Origin: Eledone cirrhosa
Taxonomy: Eukaryota
Length of the DNA: 64,000 nt
Assembly: GCA_964016885.1 (NCBI GenBank)
Contig: OZ024751.1
Location: 13,826,001-13,890,000, forward strand
Reading direction: 5' to 3'
A program made the position numbers and the translations under genes. The notes under the pieces were generated by a model. It saw nothing but the letters and a program-made list of their open reading frames with translations, did not search any database and was not told the DNA's origin. This document shows, piece by piece, positions 25,872 through 43,204 of this stretch; position 1 is the first letter of the stretch, and the number at the start of each line of letters is the position of its first letter.

Positions 25872-27120
25872 TATGCCTTGTCCCCGTGAACACCTCACCA
25901 AGATGGAACGCATGCTCTTCCAGTTCCTTTGGAAGAGGCAGGCTCCACTAGTGAGAAGATCCGTCTGCTGTCAGCACCCTTCCAACGGAGGGCTGGAAAT
26001 GCCGTGGCTGATGATGTGCAAGCATGCGCTGAGGCTATGGCATCTACAGGTATTCCTCACCGACCAACCGGTGTGGGCACCGTTTGTGAGACAGGCCTTC
26101 CCACAACTTGTCTCGCTGACGGAGCTGCAGTCCTGGGTCAAGCAGAGACAGAAGAAGATGGGCGCCTGGCACATTGACTGCGCTCAGGCGCTCACAGTCC
26201 TCTGTCAAGCTGGTACGGCAATCAGTGGAGACTCCACTTCGACATTCTATAGAGGGTTAGTACTTCACAAGGGCGACGACGTACTCGGAGAGACTATGGG
26301 CGTCGCAGACGACGAACTCACCAGTCTGTTTGGTAGGACTTTCAGCCCGGGACCTATGGACAACTTCCAGAGATCCCTGGCCTGGCAGTGCTACCGAGGA
26401 GCTCTACCAGTTCGTGACAAGATCTACAGGCACGGACGCCCCGGCAGGGATCCTTCCAAGAGGACGTGTCCAAGATGCGAGAAGGACATTGAAACCGTTT
26501 TGCACGCAATTGTACACTGCCCAGGCGTAATCGACCTGTGGAACTACGCAGAACAACTGCTGTCGCGTATGGGACAAATCCAGTTAACTGCCGAGTCCTA
26601 TAGTAAGGATCAAACCGCCGACTTCTTTCAAAAACGAAAGAGAGGCGGTTTTCCTCTGTATAGTGGCTATGGTGAAAGAGGTTATATGGTGGACGAAATT
26701 GAGAGGACTGAGGACGGATGCCTTTCTCTCCGGACAACAACTCATTCCCTTCTTTAGGTACCAGTTTAGAAGGAGAATTAGAGTGGAGAGAGAGGCACTG
26801 CTCTCCAGTAAATTTACTGAAAGTTGGGTGACTGTGGAAAAAATGGCCCGAGTGATTGGGCCTTCTCCTTATATAAACCTGTAGGTTGAAGAAGATAGCA
26901 AAAGGAAGAAAGGAGCACTTGCACAACCCGCTCCTGAAGTTGAGGGTTGTTCTATCTACGGGGTATTAAACAACACATTTGTGGCGCCTCACCCCTTTTT
27001 GGATTTCGATTGTTATATTTGTTTGTTTCATATTTTTACACGATTGTATGTAAAATCCCCGGCATGTGTCCTTGTTTTGTCCCTTTTTCTTGTGCGTCCT
27101 TGTGGCTAATAAAGTAATAT
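25872..27120 (+). mobile_element. 5'-truncated Tx1/L1-clade LINE (subfamily B)
   Basis: Homologous to the ORF2 C-terminus at 59270-60283 (CCQHPSNGG, CPRC..HAIVHC); frameshift near 26598; 3' UTR ends at AATAAA. Confidence 0.9.
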
Positions 27121-28446
27121 ATTTATACAGGGTGCGGACGGTATTTGAGGACATGTATTTTTAGTCATTATTTTATTTGACTAATTTTTATTGAACTTCC
27201 ATTTCAGAAAATAACAATGAAAATAACTTTACTTACTAATGAAATGAAAAGGCATGTTGTGATTGTGGCTTTGAAGGCTAAGCATGGGGATTTAGAAATT
27301 TCTCTTTTTCTGGAAGTTGCAAGATCTTTTGTGTGTTACCAGTTGGTGTCTAAACCACTGATCCGATCCTGATGAAACTTTACGAACATGTTAAGCTAAT
27401 ATTCAGGAACAGGGCTAGCTAATTGGATTTCAATAAAAATGGAACCTGTGGGAACATTAAATCCTCCCTCCCACTACTCCCCTTTCTCCCTCCACAACTC
27501 AGTCCTCCAAAACGAGGCAACAACCTATGTCTTTTTTGTTCTTCATTCTGTAGAGAAAGAGAGGGGTTAAGAGAGAGGGGGATGAGAGAGAGAGGGGGGA
27601 TGAGAGAGGGATGAGAGATAGAGAGAAAGAGAGCCAAAGAAAGAGAGAGGGGGGATTAGGAAAGAAAACAGAAAAATGATTGCATAGTTCCATAATTAAC
27701 TTTTATTTATTTATTTTAGTTGGCTAACAGTAGTAGTTAGTTAGTCAACTAACAGAAAAAGGACAACCACGGACAGTGATACGAACTCTCCTCTCTAAAT
27801 ATGTATGTAAAAACTAATAATTTTTCTTCCCCCTTTTATTATTCGTATTAATATGCAACTTAACTGCATTATGTACATCCGCAGTTGAAAAACCGTTACA
27901 CTATTAAATGTGGAAATACCCACTTTATAAATAAATGTTTTGATATTATACTGAAAAAATCTCTCCACCATTTTCTACTGAATTTCTTTTCTTTTTACTA
28001 TTTGCGCGTGTCTGTATACACACACACACACACATATATATAATCCTTATCGAGTCCTCTCTGGATTTTAGTCATTGCATTTAATATTATTCCTACTATA
28101 TGTGTATATATATGTGTGTTTGTGTATGTATGTATGTATATATATATATATATATAAACCAAATGAAAAAGATATATGTATATATAAAGAGAGAAAGAAC
28201 CATATATCTTATAGGAAGCACAGTATATTGTATATATACCAAATACACATTCCATAGAAGAATTTGTATAGAGAGGGAATCGTAAGAGTGATCTTATAGC
28301 GTTATTTCATATCCCGTGTAGCTTAAAATCAATCTATGTAATCGATCATCGGCCCTAGATAATGTCTATTGAGAAACACAAAATTCTAACATATGTGATA
28401 TGTTTTGATTCATTATTTGTGTGTGTATATATATATATATATATAT

Positions 28447-30130
28447 TAGTTTTGCGAGGTTTTTGATATGAAATCGTGTGTCGAAACAAATATTGTTATA
28501 CTTGGGGAGGGTCATATTTGTGTAATAATATTGCCAGAATTAATAACAGAACACACTCACTGTTTGGTTGGTTTTCGCTTCTGTGTCTTTTATATCGGTT
28601 AATTTAATTTATTCGGTCCTCAATGTTGTCATTGACTGACCAACTGTCAAAAATACAGATATAATATAGACACAAACACATATATAGAGTCTATCAAAGT
28701 TCTTTCGTTGCACATCTGCAACATCGTCAGTGGTGCTATTATGTTTCCTCCCGTTGCATTGTATGCTTACGCCATATTTATTTAGTCTGTTTATTTATTT
28801 ATTTGTTGTTTTTTTTTGTCTTCTCTGTGCATGCGTTTGCGTGTGTGTATAGTGTTTTGTTTGATGTGTGTTCTTGTTTGGGTGACTGTGTATTGGTTAA
28901 TGTATTCTATCTTAGTTTACTAGTGTGTGTTTATATGTGTTTGTTGTTATTGTGTATGTATTTATTTATTTATTTATACTTCTCTTAGGTCACTGTTGTT
29001 TGTTTGGGTGTTGTTGTTATTCCATTCATTTTTTCTGTTTAGCCTTGGTCTTCTAAGTTCTATTTCGCTGGCCTCTCTGATTTGCCTATCTGCTGGGTCA
29101 TTTCTATGTTTAGATATTATTCTAACTTCTGTTGTCTATGTTACCGTTGTGTTGTCTGGCATGTTCGTATAGTACTGAACCGTTTTTTCGTCCTTTTAGT
29201 TCCCCCCAGTGTTGGTCTATCCTTTCACCTATGCTACGAGCTGTCTCGTCTATGTATGTTGTTGTCATGTTTCTGCAAGTACCCTCTGTACATCTTATGC
29301 TATAGACTACGTTTCTAGTTTGACAGTTTATCCGAGGGTTTACTCTACATATGATACATTTCCTATTAGTACAGTGGGTTTTCTTAAAAGGGTAGGTTTT
29401 GCTGATCAGGGATTTTATGGTGGTTCCTGGCTTTTCTACCACCTTAATCTTTAAGTGGGTCTTTCTCGGGGCCTTTCTACACTGGTTAGCTAATTTCCCT
29501 CCAGGGGTAGCGTCCACAAAAATGACACTCTGGTATCTCTGGTTGTCGTACCATGAGGTGGCTTTCCCTATCTTATGTCTAGTCCTATCTAAGCTATTCC
29601 ATGATTTTCTCCTGTATAATGGGAACATTCCTTTCATGTCCAGTTCTATGAGGGTCTTATACTTCTCCGTGGCTCCTTCGTATACTCTGATTCTGTCTCT
29701 TTGGTTGTAGCCAGAGAACTGCATGCGGTTGATGAAGTGTTGGGTGTGTCTTTCCATTTCTGTTGGGTCGCACATGCGGGACACATTCTTCATCACTCGT
29801 ACCAAGTCTGCGATCAGAATATTAAACTTAGCACTACTGGACATTGCTGAATTTTTGAGTATCAGGTATTTGGAGGCCATGGGTTTAGCATAGTGTGAGT
29901 GGAGAATTTGGGCTCTCTCGTCTATAGTGTTAATCCAGAATTCCGTGTCTAATACAGGTAGTCTATTGTTAGGGTGTTTGGAAGGGTAGTCGATAGTTAC
30001 AGTTATACTCTGGTGTATGGAATTAGCTATCTGCTGGTTAGTGCTCTCACAAGAGAGCACTAACAAGTTTGATTTAGAACGTAGCACAATGGAAAGCATC
30101 CAGCAGATAGCTAATTCCAAACACCTGCTC
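28447..30130 (-). mobile_element. Penelope-like element family 2, 5'-truncated (RT thumb, GIY-YIG, 3' UTR/pseudo-LTR)
   Basis: LPVLDTE..HYAKP..MQFSGY..CTNRKCIIC..NVVYSIRC..YIDETARS..SVLYEH; inverted segment at the 5' junction (30015-30120). Confidence 0.88.
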
Positions 30131-30153
30131 TGTATAAAAAGCCTGTGTTTCTG

Positions 30154-30185
<32 letters not shown>

Positions 30186-30467
30186 CGCGCGTCAAAACCT
30201 TTCTTTAGTAAAAGCCTGTGTTTGTATGTGTGTATGTATATATATATATGTGTGCGTGTGTGTGTGTGTCAGGTCGCTCTCGAGTTCTACTGGTAACATG
30301 TTACCCAGTACAACCTGTCTCATGGCCGGGTCGTCATGCTTGGTGAGGAGGGTCATATTTTGACACCCTGCGGGATGAAATACTAGGCAAAGGGCACAGG
30401 AACTCAGCAGAGTCAACGGCCATCCAAATAATACTTTTTTCAGCGTATATATATATATATATGTGCG

Positions 30468-30511
<44 letters not shown>

Positions 30512-30561
30512 CGCACATATGCAGAGACATATGTACACATACACACATATATATGAATGAT

Positions 30562-30615
<54 letters not shown>

Positions 30616-30727
30616 TAAGAGGAATTCCAACTTTGTCTGATTTACTCGTTTTATTTACAATCCTTTAAAATTTATAATGGTATTATAATGAAATAGAATT
30701 TAATATTCTATCATTCTAAGTGTTAAT

Positions 30728-30766
30728 TGAACAAGTACTTTCATGCTTTCGCAATCTTCAGGTTCA
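30728..30766 (-). ncRNA. Type I minimal hammerhead
   Basis: TGAAC CTGAAGA ttgc gaaa gcat GAAA gtac TT GTTCA. Confidence 0.8.
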
Positions 30767-30851
30767 TAATATGTGGTGACAGTCAAGTTTGCAATTTTCA
30801 ACTGTGTTCAACACAGTTGAAAATTACAAACTTGACTGTCACCACATATTA

Positions 30852-30890
30852 TGAACCTGAAGATTGCGAAAGCATGAAAGTACTTGTTCA
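30852..30890 (+). ncRNA. Type I minimal hammerhead (mirror copy)
   Basis: Same motif on the plus strand. Confidence 0.8.
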
Positions 30891-31048
30891 ATTAACACTT
30901 AGAATTTAATATTCTATCATACTATTTCATTATAATACCATTATAAATTTTAAAGGATTCTAAATAAAACGAGTAAATCAGACAAAGTTGGAATTCCTCT
31001 TATTAATATAATCTTCTATACACAATCATACACACCCGTGTATATTTA

Positions 31049-32961
<1,913 letters not shown>

Positions 32962-33023
32962 GTATTGAAAAAATAACCAATGTGTGTGTGTATATATACA
33001 TACATATATATAGAGAGAGAGAA

Positions 33024-33055
<32 letters not shown>

Positions 33056-33094
33056 TAGTTCCACAACAGTTAGTTCGAGAACAATATATATGGC

Positions 33095-33164
<70 letters not shown>

Positions 33165-33172
<8 letters not shown>

Positions 33173-33595
33173 GACAGGGGGGAAGAAAAAATGGCTTCAC
33201 TTGTGCTTTCAACAAATTTATTTTCTTCACAAAATCCAAAAAGAATTTTTCTTAAAAAAAATTATTTTATAAATTAAGTTGTTGGTTGTTGGTTAGGTCT
33301 TAGGAGTTCTTGGTTAACGTAGGAGGTATTGTTTCGTTTTTAGAAAGACCTTTCACGCTGAGGTGTGCTTGTCAAGTTGTCAGTTTGACAAGCGCACCTC
33401 AGCGTGAAAGGTCTTTCTAAAAACGAAACAATACCTCCTACGTTAACCAAGAACTCCTAAGACCTAACCAACAACCAACAACTTAATTTATAAAATAATT
33501 TTTTTTAAGAAAAATTCTTTTGGGATTTTGTGAAGAAAATAAATTTGTTGAAAGCACAAGTGAAGCCATTTTTTCTTCCCCTCTGTCTTAATATA
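33165..33595. repeat. ~430 bp palindromic element adjoining (TA)n
   Basis: ttaagacaggggggaagaaaaaatggcttcac... mirrored around gcttgtcaa-gttgtcagt-ttgacaagc. Confidence 0.92.
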
Positions 33596-33915
33596 CCTAA
33601 CTGTACCAAGGATTACACACATTTTCCAATATATATATATATATACACATATCTATTTTTCCATTATCTATCTATCTATCACATGTCTATGTTTCTATCT
33701 ATCACATTCTACGAATTACTTACAAATGTATTCCTATTTTGGCACATACGAATACACCTACATAAAAAAAAAAATATATATATATAGAGGTTATATTTAA
33801 TTTGTTGGGATACAACAAGCAAATATTTTTATAACTGATATAAAGCACTCAACAAATTTTTGGAGTAAAAATACGATATATTAACAAATGGAAATTATAT
33901 TTATAAAACCATATT

Positions 33916-33980
33916 TATTTCATTATACATATTTCAAGGACACCAAAGCAAATTATGGTGCGCTTTCATCAGATAAAATA
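33916..33980 (-). ncRNA. Type I hammerhead, same family as the 5.2 kb pair
   Basis: tattttat CTGATGA aagcgcacc..ggtgtcctt GAAA tatgta TA atgaaata. Confidence 0.75.
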
Positions 33981-34060
33981 TAATATAGAACAGTTTTATA
34001 AACAAATATTGACATACCCTTAAAGAATGCGACCATGTCGGTTGGAAGCTCCCGGATAGT

Positions 34061-34113
<53 letters not shown>

Positions 34114-35259
34114 TTTTTTTTTATGTAGGTGTATTCGTATGTGCCAAACCAGGAACACATTTGTAAGTAATTCGTAGAATTTGATAGATAACTTTCTTTT
34201 TATTTGCCACCAGGGGGTCAAAGAGTGGGACAAGTACAATGCGGGATGTGATAGATAGGAAAATAGACAAGCTGAATGTAATAATTGTCCAGCTCAGCGT
34301 GAAATAACAATTTCTATTTCTTCTGTATCAAGCTTTTTGTTAAATATCTAACTAGTTTATTTTTAACGAAAATATTGTAAATACTATTATAACATTTTTA
34401 TTATAACTAATTCAACTGCCTCATAATTCGAAAAATTACAATAGGCATGTATGTGTGTATATATATGTGTGTGTTTGTATATATATATATATATGTGTGC
34501 GTGTGTGTGTTATGTCAAGTCACTCTCGAGTGCTGCTGTAACATGTAACCCAATGCAAGCTGTCTCGTGGTCGGGTCGTAGGCCACTAAACCGGCAACTC
34601 CACCAGGCTTGCCTGTTAAGGAGGGTGATATTTGGACACCCTGCGGGATGAAATACAAGATCCGGCAAAGGGCGGAGGTACTCAGTAGAGTTAACAACAA
34701 TCTAAATAGTGCTTTTTTTTTTTTTCACCTGGAAGTGAAAGGCCCCCAGTTGTTGTCACAACACCTTTCTAGGAGAGGGAAACTCTGAAAAAAAAACCTG
34801 CGGCTTCGGAAGTATCCGATGATGTTGACCAGTTCTCCAGATAGTGTTTTCGATGCTCAGAGAGTGGGATCGGTCGAGTGCAAGACCTTTCCCCACTTAA
34901 AAAAAACCTTCAAAGCACAGGCATTGCTTGTTCAGGATATGTTACAGGTTTGTGTGGCTGGTCGTAGCCTAAAAGTACACCAAATTCTATAATCTGACAA
35001 GCAATTGCAGTACTCTTAGCAGAGTGTGCAGCCATCATGTATATATATGTGTGTGTGTGTGTGTGTAAAAGGTAAACAGAAATAACAACACAATCGGTAC
35101 AGTATATGGAAGGGATATATTAGTTTAACGCTTGAAATAGCAGGAAGAGGGTTTTGACGTCCTTCATCAGAAGAAAGAATGAGAAATAGGATAGATTGAA
35201 GGGACGGGCAGGTTGGAATTGGTAAAAATGTCTTTAGATAAAAATAACAGGTCAATTTA

Positions 35260-35295
<36 letters not shown>

Positions 35296-35340
35296 GTGAC
35301 GAAACATAAGTCAATTGTATGAACTCATAATCCTTTATTT

Positions 35341-35398
35341 ACCGCTATATATATATTTCGATGATAGCCATTGAATGGCTATGACCTCATCAGGCAGT
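35341..35398 (-). ncRNA. Type I hammerhead
   Basis: actgc CTGATGA ggtcatagccattcaatggctatcatc GAAA tatatata TA gcggt, followed by AATAAA. Confidence 0.8.
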
Positions 35399-35796
35399 CA
35401 GTAAGTTCTTAGATATGCCAGCTCTGGGATTTTGGTGTTGATGGTTTTAGAGCCTTGGGACATATGAGCTTGTTAGGGATAATTTAATGTTGTCAGCAGG
35501 AATAATTTTAATTCTCATTGGTCATTTTGTAGATGCTAGTAGGGTTGGTATTTGACTTCAAAGCGGTCGGTGGTGTTGTAAAGTTCAAACCGTCAGGCAA
35601 GATGACAATAGTTCCATATGACTGATTTTCACAAAAAGCATTCCTGCTCAGATATATATTCAATTGAGGTTTATAGTATGAAATTCGATGCTACAGGTCA
35701 TTGTTAAATTGAGGAATTTATGTGGGATGGTACTACTGAAAATATAGCAGTAATAAACGAAGCTAAATTTTAAACATTTGACTTTTTATTTAACTT

Positions 35797-35877
<81 letters not shown>

Positions 35878-36066
35878 TATATACATATATATATGGGATA
35901 ACAAATTATCGTTATAGGTAATCCAGTTAGAGGTTGTGAATACTCCATATTGTGGATAGTTTTAGCGTACGGCGTTATTCGACTCAACAAGAGGTTTCCT
36001 TAGGTAGCGAGTTTGCGAGTTCTCGGGAATTCCTATGCAGGTTAATCTTGGAGTAATAATAGTGAA

Positions 36067-36374
36067 AGAGTGAAGAATAACATGGTCAACAGTACAAAAA
36101 GGGTTTTATTTCAGTATTAATAATTGTTTCATTGATTAAGTTGCCTAAAATTCAAATCACAACATCATGATATTGTGATTTGAATTTTCCTAGTATATTA
36201 CAAACGCCGTGTATAATTTTAATCACTTTTTCCGATGATTTAATTAAGCATAGATTGTATCTAAAATAGAGTAACACAACTCCAAGTGATTTTTAGACAA
36301 CTTAATCAATGAAACAAATGTTAATACTGTAAATAAACCCTTTTTGTACTGTTGACCATGTTATTCTTCACTCT
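36067..36374. repeat. Fold-back element related to 23327-23415
   Basis: agagtgaagaataacatggtcaacagtac... mirrored at the right end; decayed core CCGATGA...GAAA caaatg TT. Confidence 0.8.
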
Positions 36375-36375
36375 G

Positions 36376-36429
<54 letters not shown>

Positions 36430-37149
36430 AAAATGAAAATCCGAAGGTAAGGTAAAATGTCCAATCATTTTAATCACGACACATGTTTCAATAAGAGATA
36501 GATCGATCGTGAAGCCATGATCAATTATCACTGATCTCAGGTGAAAATGAATTGTCTTCAAATTCTTGATATGAGGGAGAAAATTAGCAATGTTCACTCA
36601 CAGAGTATATTTCCTCATATGAAGATCAAGCAGTCAAAATGCGGCGACTGCTATCAACTTCAGTTAAGGTCACAAATTTCTATATCCCAATAGCTGCAAA
36701 AGACGCTGGACATCAATCAAATCTGTAGAAATACAGTCGGTCACAGTTAATGTGAGTGGGTTCACACACTTAACACCCACACACACCGACTCGAAGTCAA
36801 AGAAAATATATATATATATACACACATCAACACAGTATGGGGTTGCCTGTTTAGTCGCCGACGATCCGACCATGTGACAGGTTGTACTGGTTTACATGTT
36901 ACCAGTAGCACTCAAGACAAGAGTGACCTGACATAACATATATATATACACATATAACGGAGGAGTTGTGTTAAGGAATAAGATGGACCATAACGCACCA
37001 GAGTACTCTATACTTAGGGTAATAGAGTGGGTAAGCTAAAGCCGTTTCGACGGCTATTTCTGGACTAAAGTAAGAGTATTTTTAGTCTGGTAAATAAATA
37101 GCCGAACTTTTCAATACCACACACTGATCAGGAGCAGCCTAAACTCCAC

Positions 37150-38920
37150 CCATAAAAAGGCTAACAACTCAATTATCGAGGACATAAATCTAGAGGGACA
37201 ACAAATTACCTGTAACCTCGGGGTCGCAGACCGCACTGAACCCCTCGACCCACGGGCTCCCTACTTCACACTGAAGGACCACAAATCCGACTTCGACCGC
37301 AAACCATCTATCAGGCTTATGAACCCGACTAAGTCGGACATAGGGAGAATCAGTAAAAAAAATCCTAGACCGCGTTATACCAAAAGTTAAGCAAAACGCG
37401 AGACTTAGCCTATGGGTTAGCACCCAGGAAGTAATCTCATGCTTCAGGAATATTGGGGACAAACGGGACACAAAATTCATCCAGTTTGACATAGAGAGTT
37501 ACTATGCATCTATTACCTTACCGCTCCTTAGGGCCGCCTTGGACTTTGCCGAAACACTCGCGTCCATCACCGACCAGGAAAGAAATATCATTCTCCACGC
37601 CAGGAAGACAGTCCTACTTTTCGACAACTCCAAGTGGATAAAGAGAGTTCTCGACTCCCCTTCGACGTCAGCATGGGCGCGACCGATTTGGCCGAGGTCA
37701 CCGATCTTATAGGATTATTCCTACTATTTAAATTCACCGAAATGTTTCCCGCATTCGGCGGTGGATTGTACCGAGACGATGGGCTCCTGACCCTCAAAGG
37801 GTACAAACCCAGTAGTACAGACCGGGTCCGTAAACAACTTATCAACTTTTTCCGAGACTGGGCATTTAAAATCACCCTACAATCGTCCCTAACCCGAGTA
37901 AATTTCCTGGACGTTACCCTCAACCTCGAAAATGACCTTTACTACCCATACAGGAAACCAAACGACAACCTGCACTACATCTACCGCCGCTCTAACCATC
38001 CTAGAAACATCACCAATAATCTGGTTTAAAACATCTCCCTCCGCATATCTCGTTTGTCCGCTAATGAGCAGATATTCGACGAACATGCGCCTCATTACAA
38101 CCAGGCCATCAAACGGAGTGGCTTCCGGGGGGAAATATCCTTTTATCCAGCTTCCCTTAGCGGAACCAGCAGGCGACGCCGCCGCTCACCCAACGTAACG
38201 TGGTTCAATCCTCCCCACAATGCCGAGGTGGCAACACCTATCGGGAAAATCTTCTTTAGGCTCCTCGAAAAACACTTTCCACCACAACACCGCTACCACA
38301 ATGTAATCAACGAAAACACTATCAAACTATCCTACAGCACCACACCCAACTTCGCACAAAACATCGTCTCCTCAAACAACAAAAAAACTCAACCCCTATG
38401 GAAGAAACAATCTAGAAATTAGTGGAGAGCTGACCAGGAGGTGTAACTGCCCTGATGGATCTACGTGCCCCCTCAACAACAAATGCCGAGAACGTAACGT
38501 GATCTACCAGTGCAACGTGAGGACGGACACCTCCAACAAAGCTTATATACGATTAACCGCTTGTGACTTTAAGACCCGGCTCTACCAACACCGACATACG
38601 TTCCGGAACCCGGTCCGGCGACATGCCACCACACTTTCGGACCATATCTGGGACCTCCAAGATAATAATATAACTTACTATCTTACTTGGAGCTTACTGT
38701 CCAGAGCTAACTCTTACACGGGAGGACGCCGTCCGTGTAATTTATGCTCGGAGGAAACATTACAAATGCTGTTTACGAAGGATCAACTCCTAAACAAAAA
38801 AGAAGAACTGGTAACTCATGCAAACCCAGATTGCGGAAGATTTACCTCGCCCTCAAACCCCCTAACGATCCGGGTGGGTAGACTAGGGCTGAAACATCCC
38901 ACTTGCCGAATAAGATAGGG
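37150..38920 (+). mobile_element. Penelope-like element family 1 (Naiad-like), decayed RT and GIY-YIG
   Basis: TLKDHK, QFDIESYYASI, GGLYRDDGL, VNFLDVTLNL, SNHP, WFNPP, IKLSYS, CNCPDGSTCPLNNKC, NVIYQC, CNLCSEE, LLNKKEEL; several frameshifts and stops. Confidence 0.9.
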
Positions 38921-39139
38921 TAAACCCCTACTGATATAGGTAGATGTACCTCTTTTCTTTTCCTCCATGTTTTCTTCTTCCCTTTGTCTCCCCCTATCAT
39001 TTCTTTCCACCACCGAACTTCTTCCTCGTTCGTTTCTTTGTTTTTTTCCCCTTTCGCCTACCCCGAGGCAGCCCGTCGGGCCTCTTTAGCCCCAGTACCC
39101 CCACCCCAGTAACTTACAGATAGCATTCGCCGATTACGC

Positions 39140-40700
<1,561 letters not shown>

Positions 40701-40702
40701 TG

Positions 40703-40733
<31 letters not shown>

Positions 40734-40882
40734 GATTGGGCCACTCTTCCATACGGACGGTTCATTAACAGAAAACCCCCAAGAGATATGTGAAATACTG
40801 AACGAACAGTACAAAAGTGTGTTCACATGTCAACTGAGGCACATGCAAAGAACAAAGCCAGAGGAGTATATATATGCATACA

Positions 40883-40934
<52 letters not shown>

Positions 40935-40956
40935 TGTATATATATATATATATACA

Positions 40957-41014
<58 letters not shown>

Positions 41015-41030
41015 TGTATATATATATACA

Positions 41031-41106
<76 letters not shown>

Positions 41107-41176
41107 TGTATATATATATATACAGTATATATATATATATATATATATATATACTGTATATATATATATATATACA

Positions 41177-41218
<42 letters not shown>

Positions 41219-41240
41219 TGTATATATATATATATATACA

Positions 41241-41413
<173 letters not shown>

Positions 41414-41436
41414 TGTATATATATATATATATACAG

Positions 41437-41491
<55 letters not shown>

Positions 41492-41515
41492 TGTATATAT
41501 ATATATATATATATA

Positions 41516-41616
<101 letters not shown>

Positions 41617-41628
41617 TGTATATATACA

Positions 41629-41696
<68 letters not shown>

Positions 41697-41720
41697 TATA
41701 TATATATATATATATATACA

Positions 41721-41829
<109 letters not shown>

Positions 41830-41918
41830 TATATATATATATATATATATATATATACTGTATATATATATATACTGTATATATATATATATATATATAC
41901 TGTATATATATATATATA

Positions 41919-42004
<86 letters not shown>

Positions 42005-42009
42005 TGTAT

Positions 42010-42144
42010 ATTTATTAAAATAACAGATTAAAGTTTAAGCGAAGAATCGCTGCTTTCACCTTTAACGGGATCTTCAGAAGATCCCGTTAAGGGTGAAAGC
42101 ACCGATTCTTTGCTTAAACTTTAATCTGTTATTTTAATAAATAT
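42010..42144. repeat. ~135 bp hairpin between two TA tracts; the right arm recurs at 46305-46385
   Basis: Centre gatcttc-a-gaagatc; arms carry hammerhead-like (C)TGAAGA tccc gttaa gggt GAAA without a clear stem I. Confidence 0.85.
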
Positions 42145-42211
42145 TTGCTCTGGATTCTACTCTTCAATTTTATTATTATTACTATATACTGTATATATAT
42201 ATATATATATA

Positions 42212-42279
<68 letters not shown>

Positions 42280-42297
42280 TGTACATATATATATATA

Positions 42298-42349
<52 letters not shown>

Positions 42350-42502
42350 TGTATATATATATATATATACTGTATATATATATATATACTGTATATATAT
42401 ATATATACTGTATATATATAAATATATATATATATATATACTGTATATATATATATATATACTGTATATATATATATATATACTGTATATATATATATAC
42501 TG

Positions 42503-42575
<73 letters not shown>

Positions 42576-42643
42576 TGTATATATATATATATATATACTG
42601 TATATATATATATATATACTGTATATATATATATATATATATA

Positions 42644-42685
<42 letters not shown>

Positions 42686-42709
42686 TGTATATATATATAT
42701 ATATATATA

Positions 42710-42761
<52 letters not shown>

Positions 42762-42950
42762 TGTATATATATATATATATATATACTGTATATATATATA
42801 TATATATATATACTGTATATATATATATATATATTTATATATACTGTATATATATATATATACTGTATATATATATATATATATATACTGTATATATATA
42901 TATATACTGTATTTATATATATATATATATACTGTATATATATATATATA

Positions 42951-42992
<42 letters not shown>

Positions 42993-43088
42993 TGTATATA
43001 TATATATATATATATATATACTGTATATATATATATATATATATATATACTGTATATATATATATATATATATATACATATATATATA

Positions 43089-43196
<108 letters not shown>

Positions 43197-43204
43197 TGTA
43201 TATA

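Larger units (their letters stand above)
30610..31010. repeat. ~400 bp palindromic element with two mirror-image hammerheads
   Basis: Arms begin taataagaggaattccaactttgtctg; centre aactgtgtt-c-aacacagtt; a sister copy lies at 52240-52600. Confidence 0.9.

Noticed and set aside
27128-27335. Possible Tc1/mariner 5' end (TA-CAGGGTG.., MKRHVVIVAL..)
   Set aside because: No matching right end or catalytic domain found; too short to call.
37150-38920. Selenocysteine recoding as reported for some Naiad PLEs
   Set aside because: The breaks I could read are frameshifts and a TAA (38027), not in-frame TGA at Cys positions; no SECIS identified by eye.
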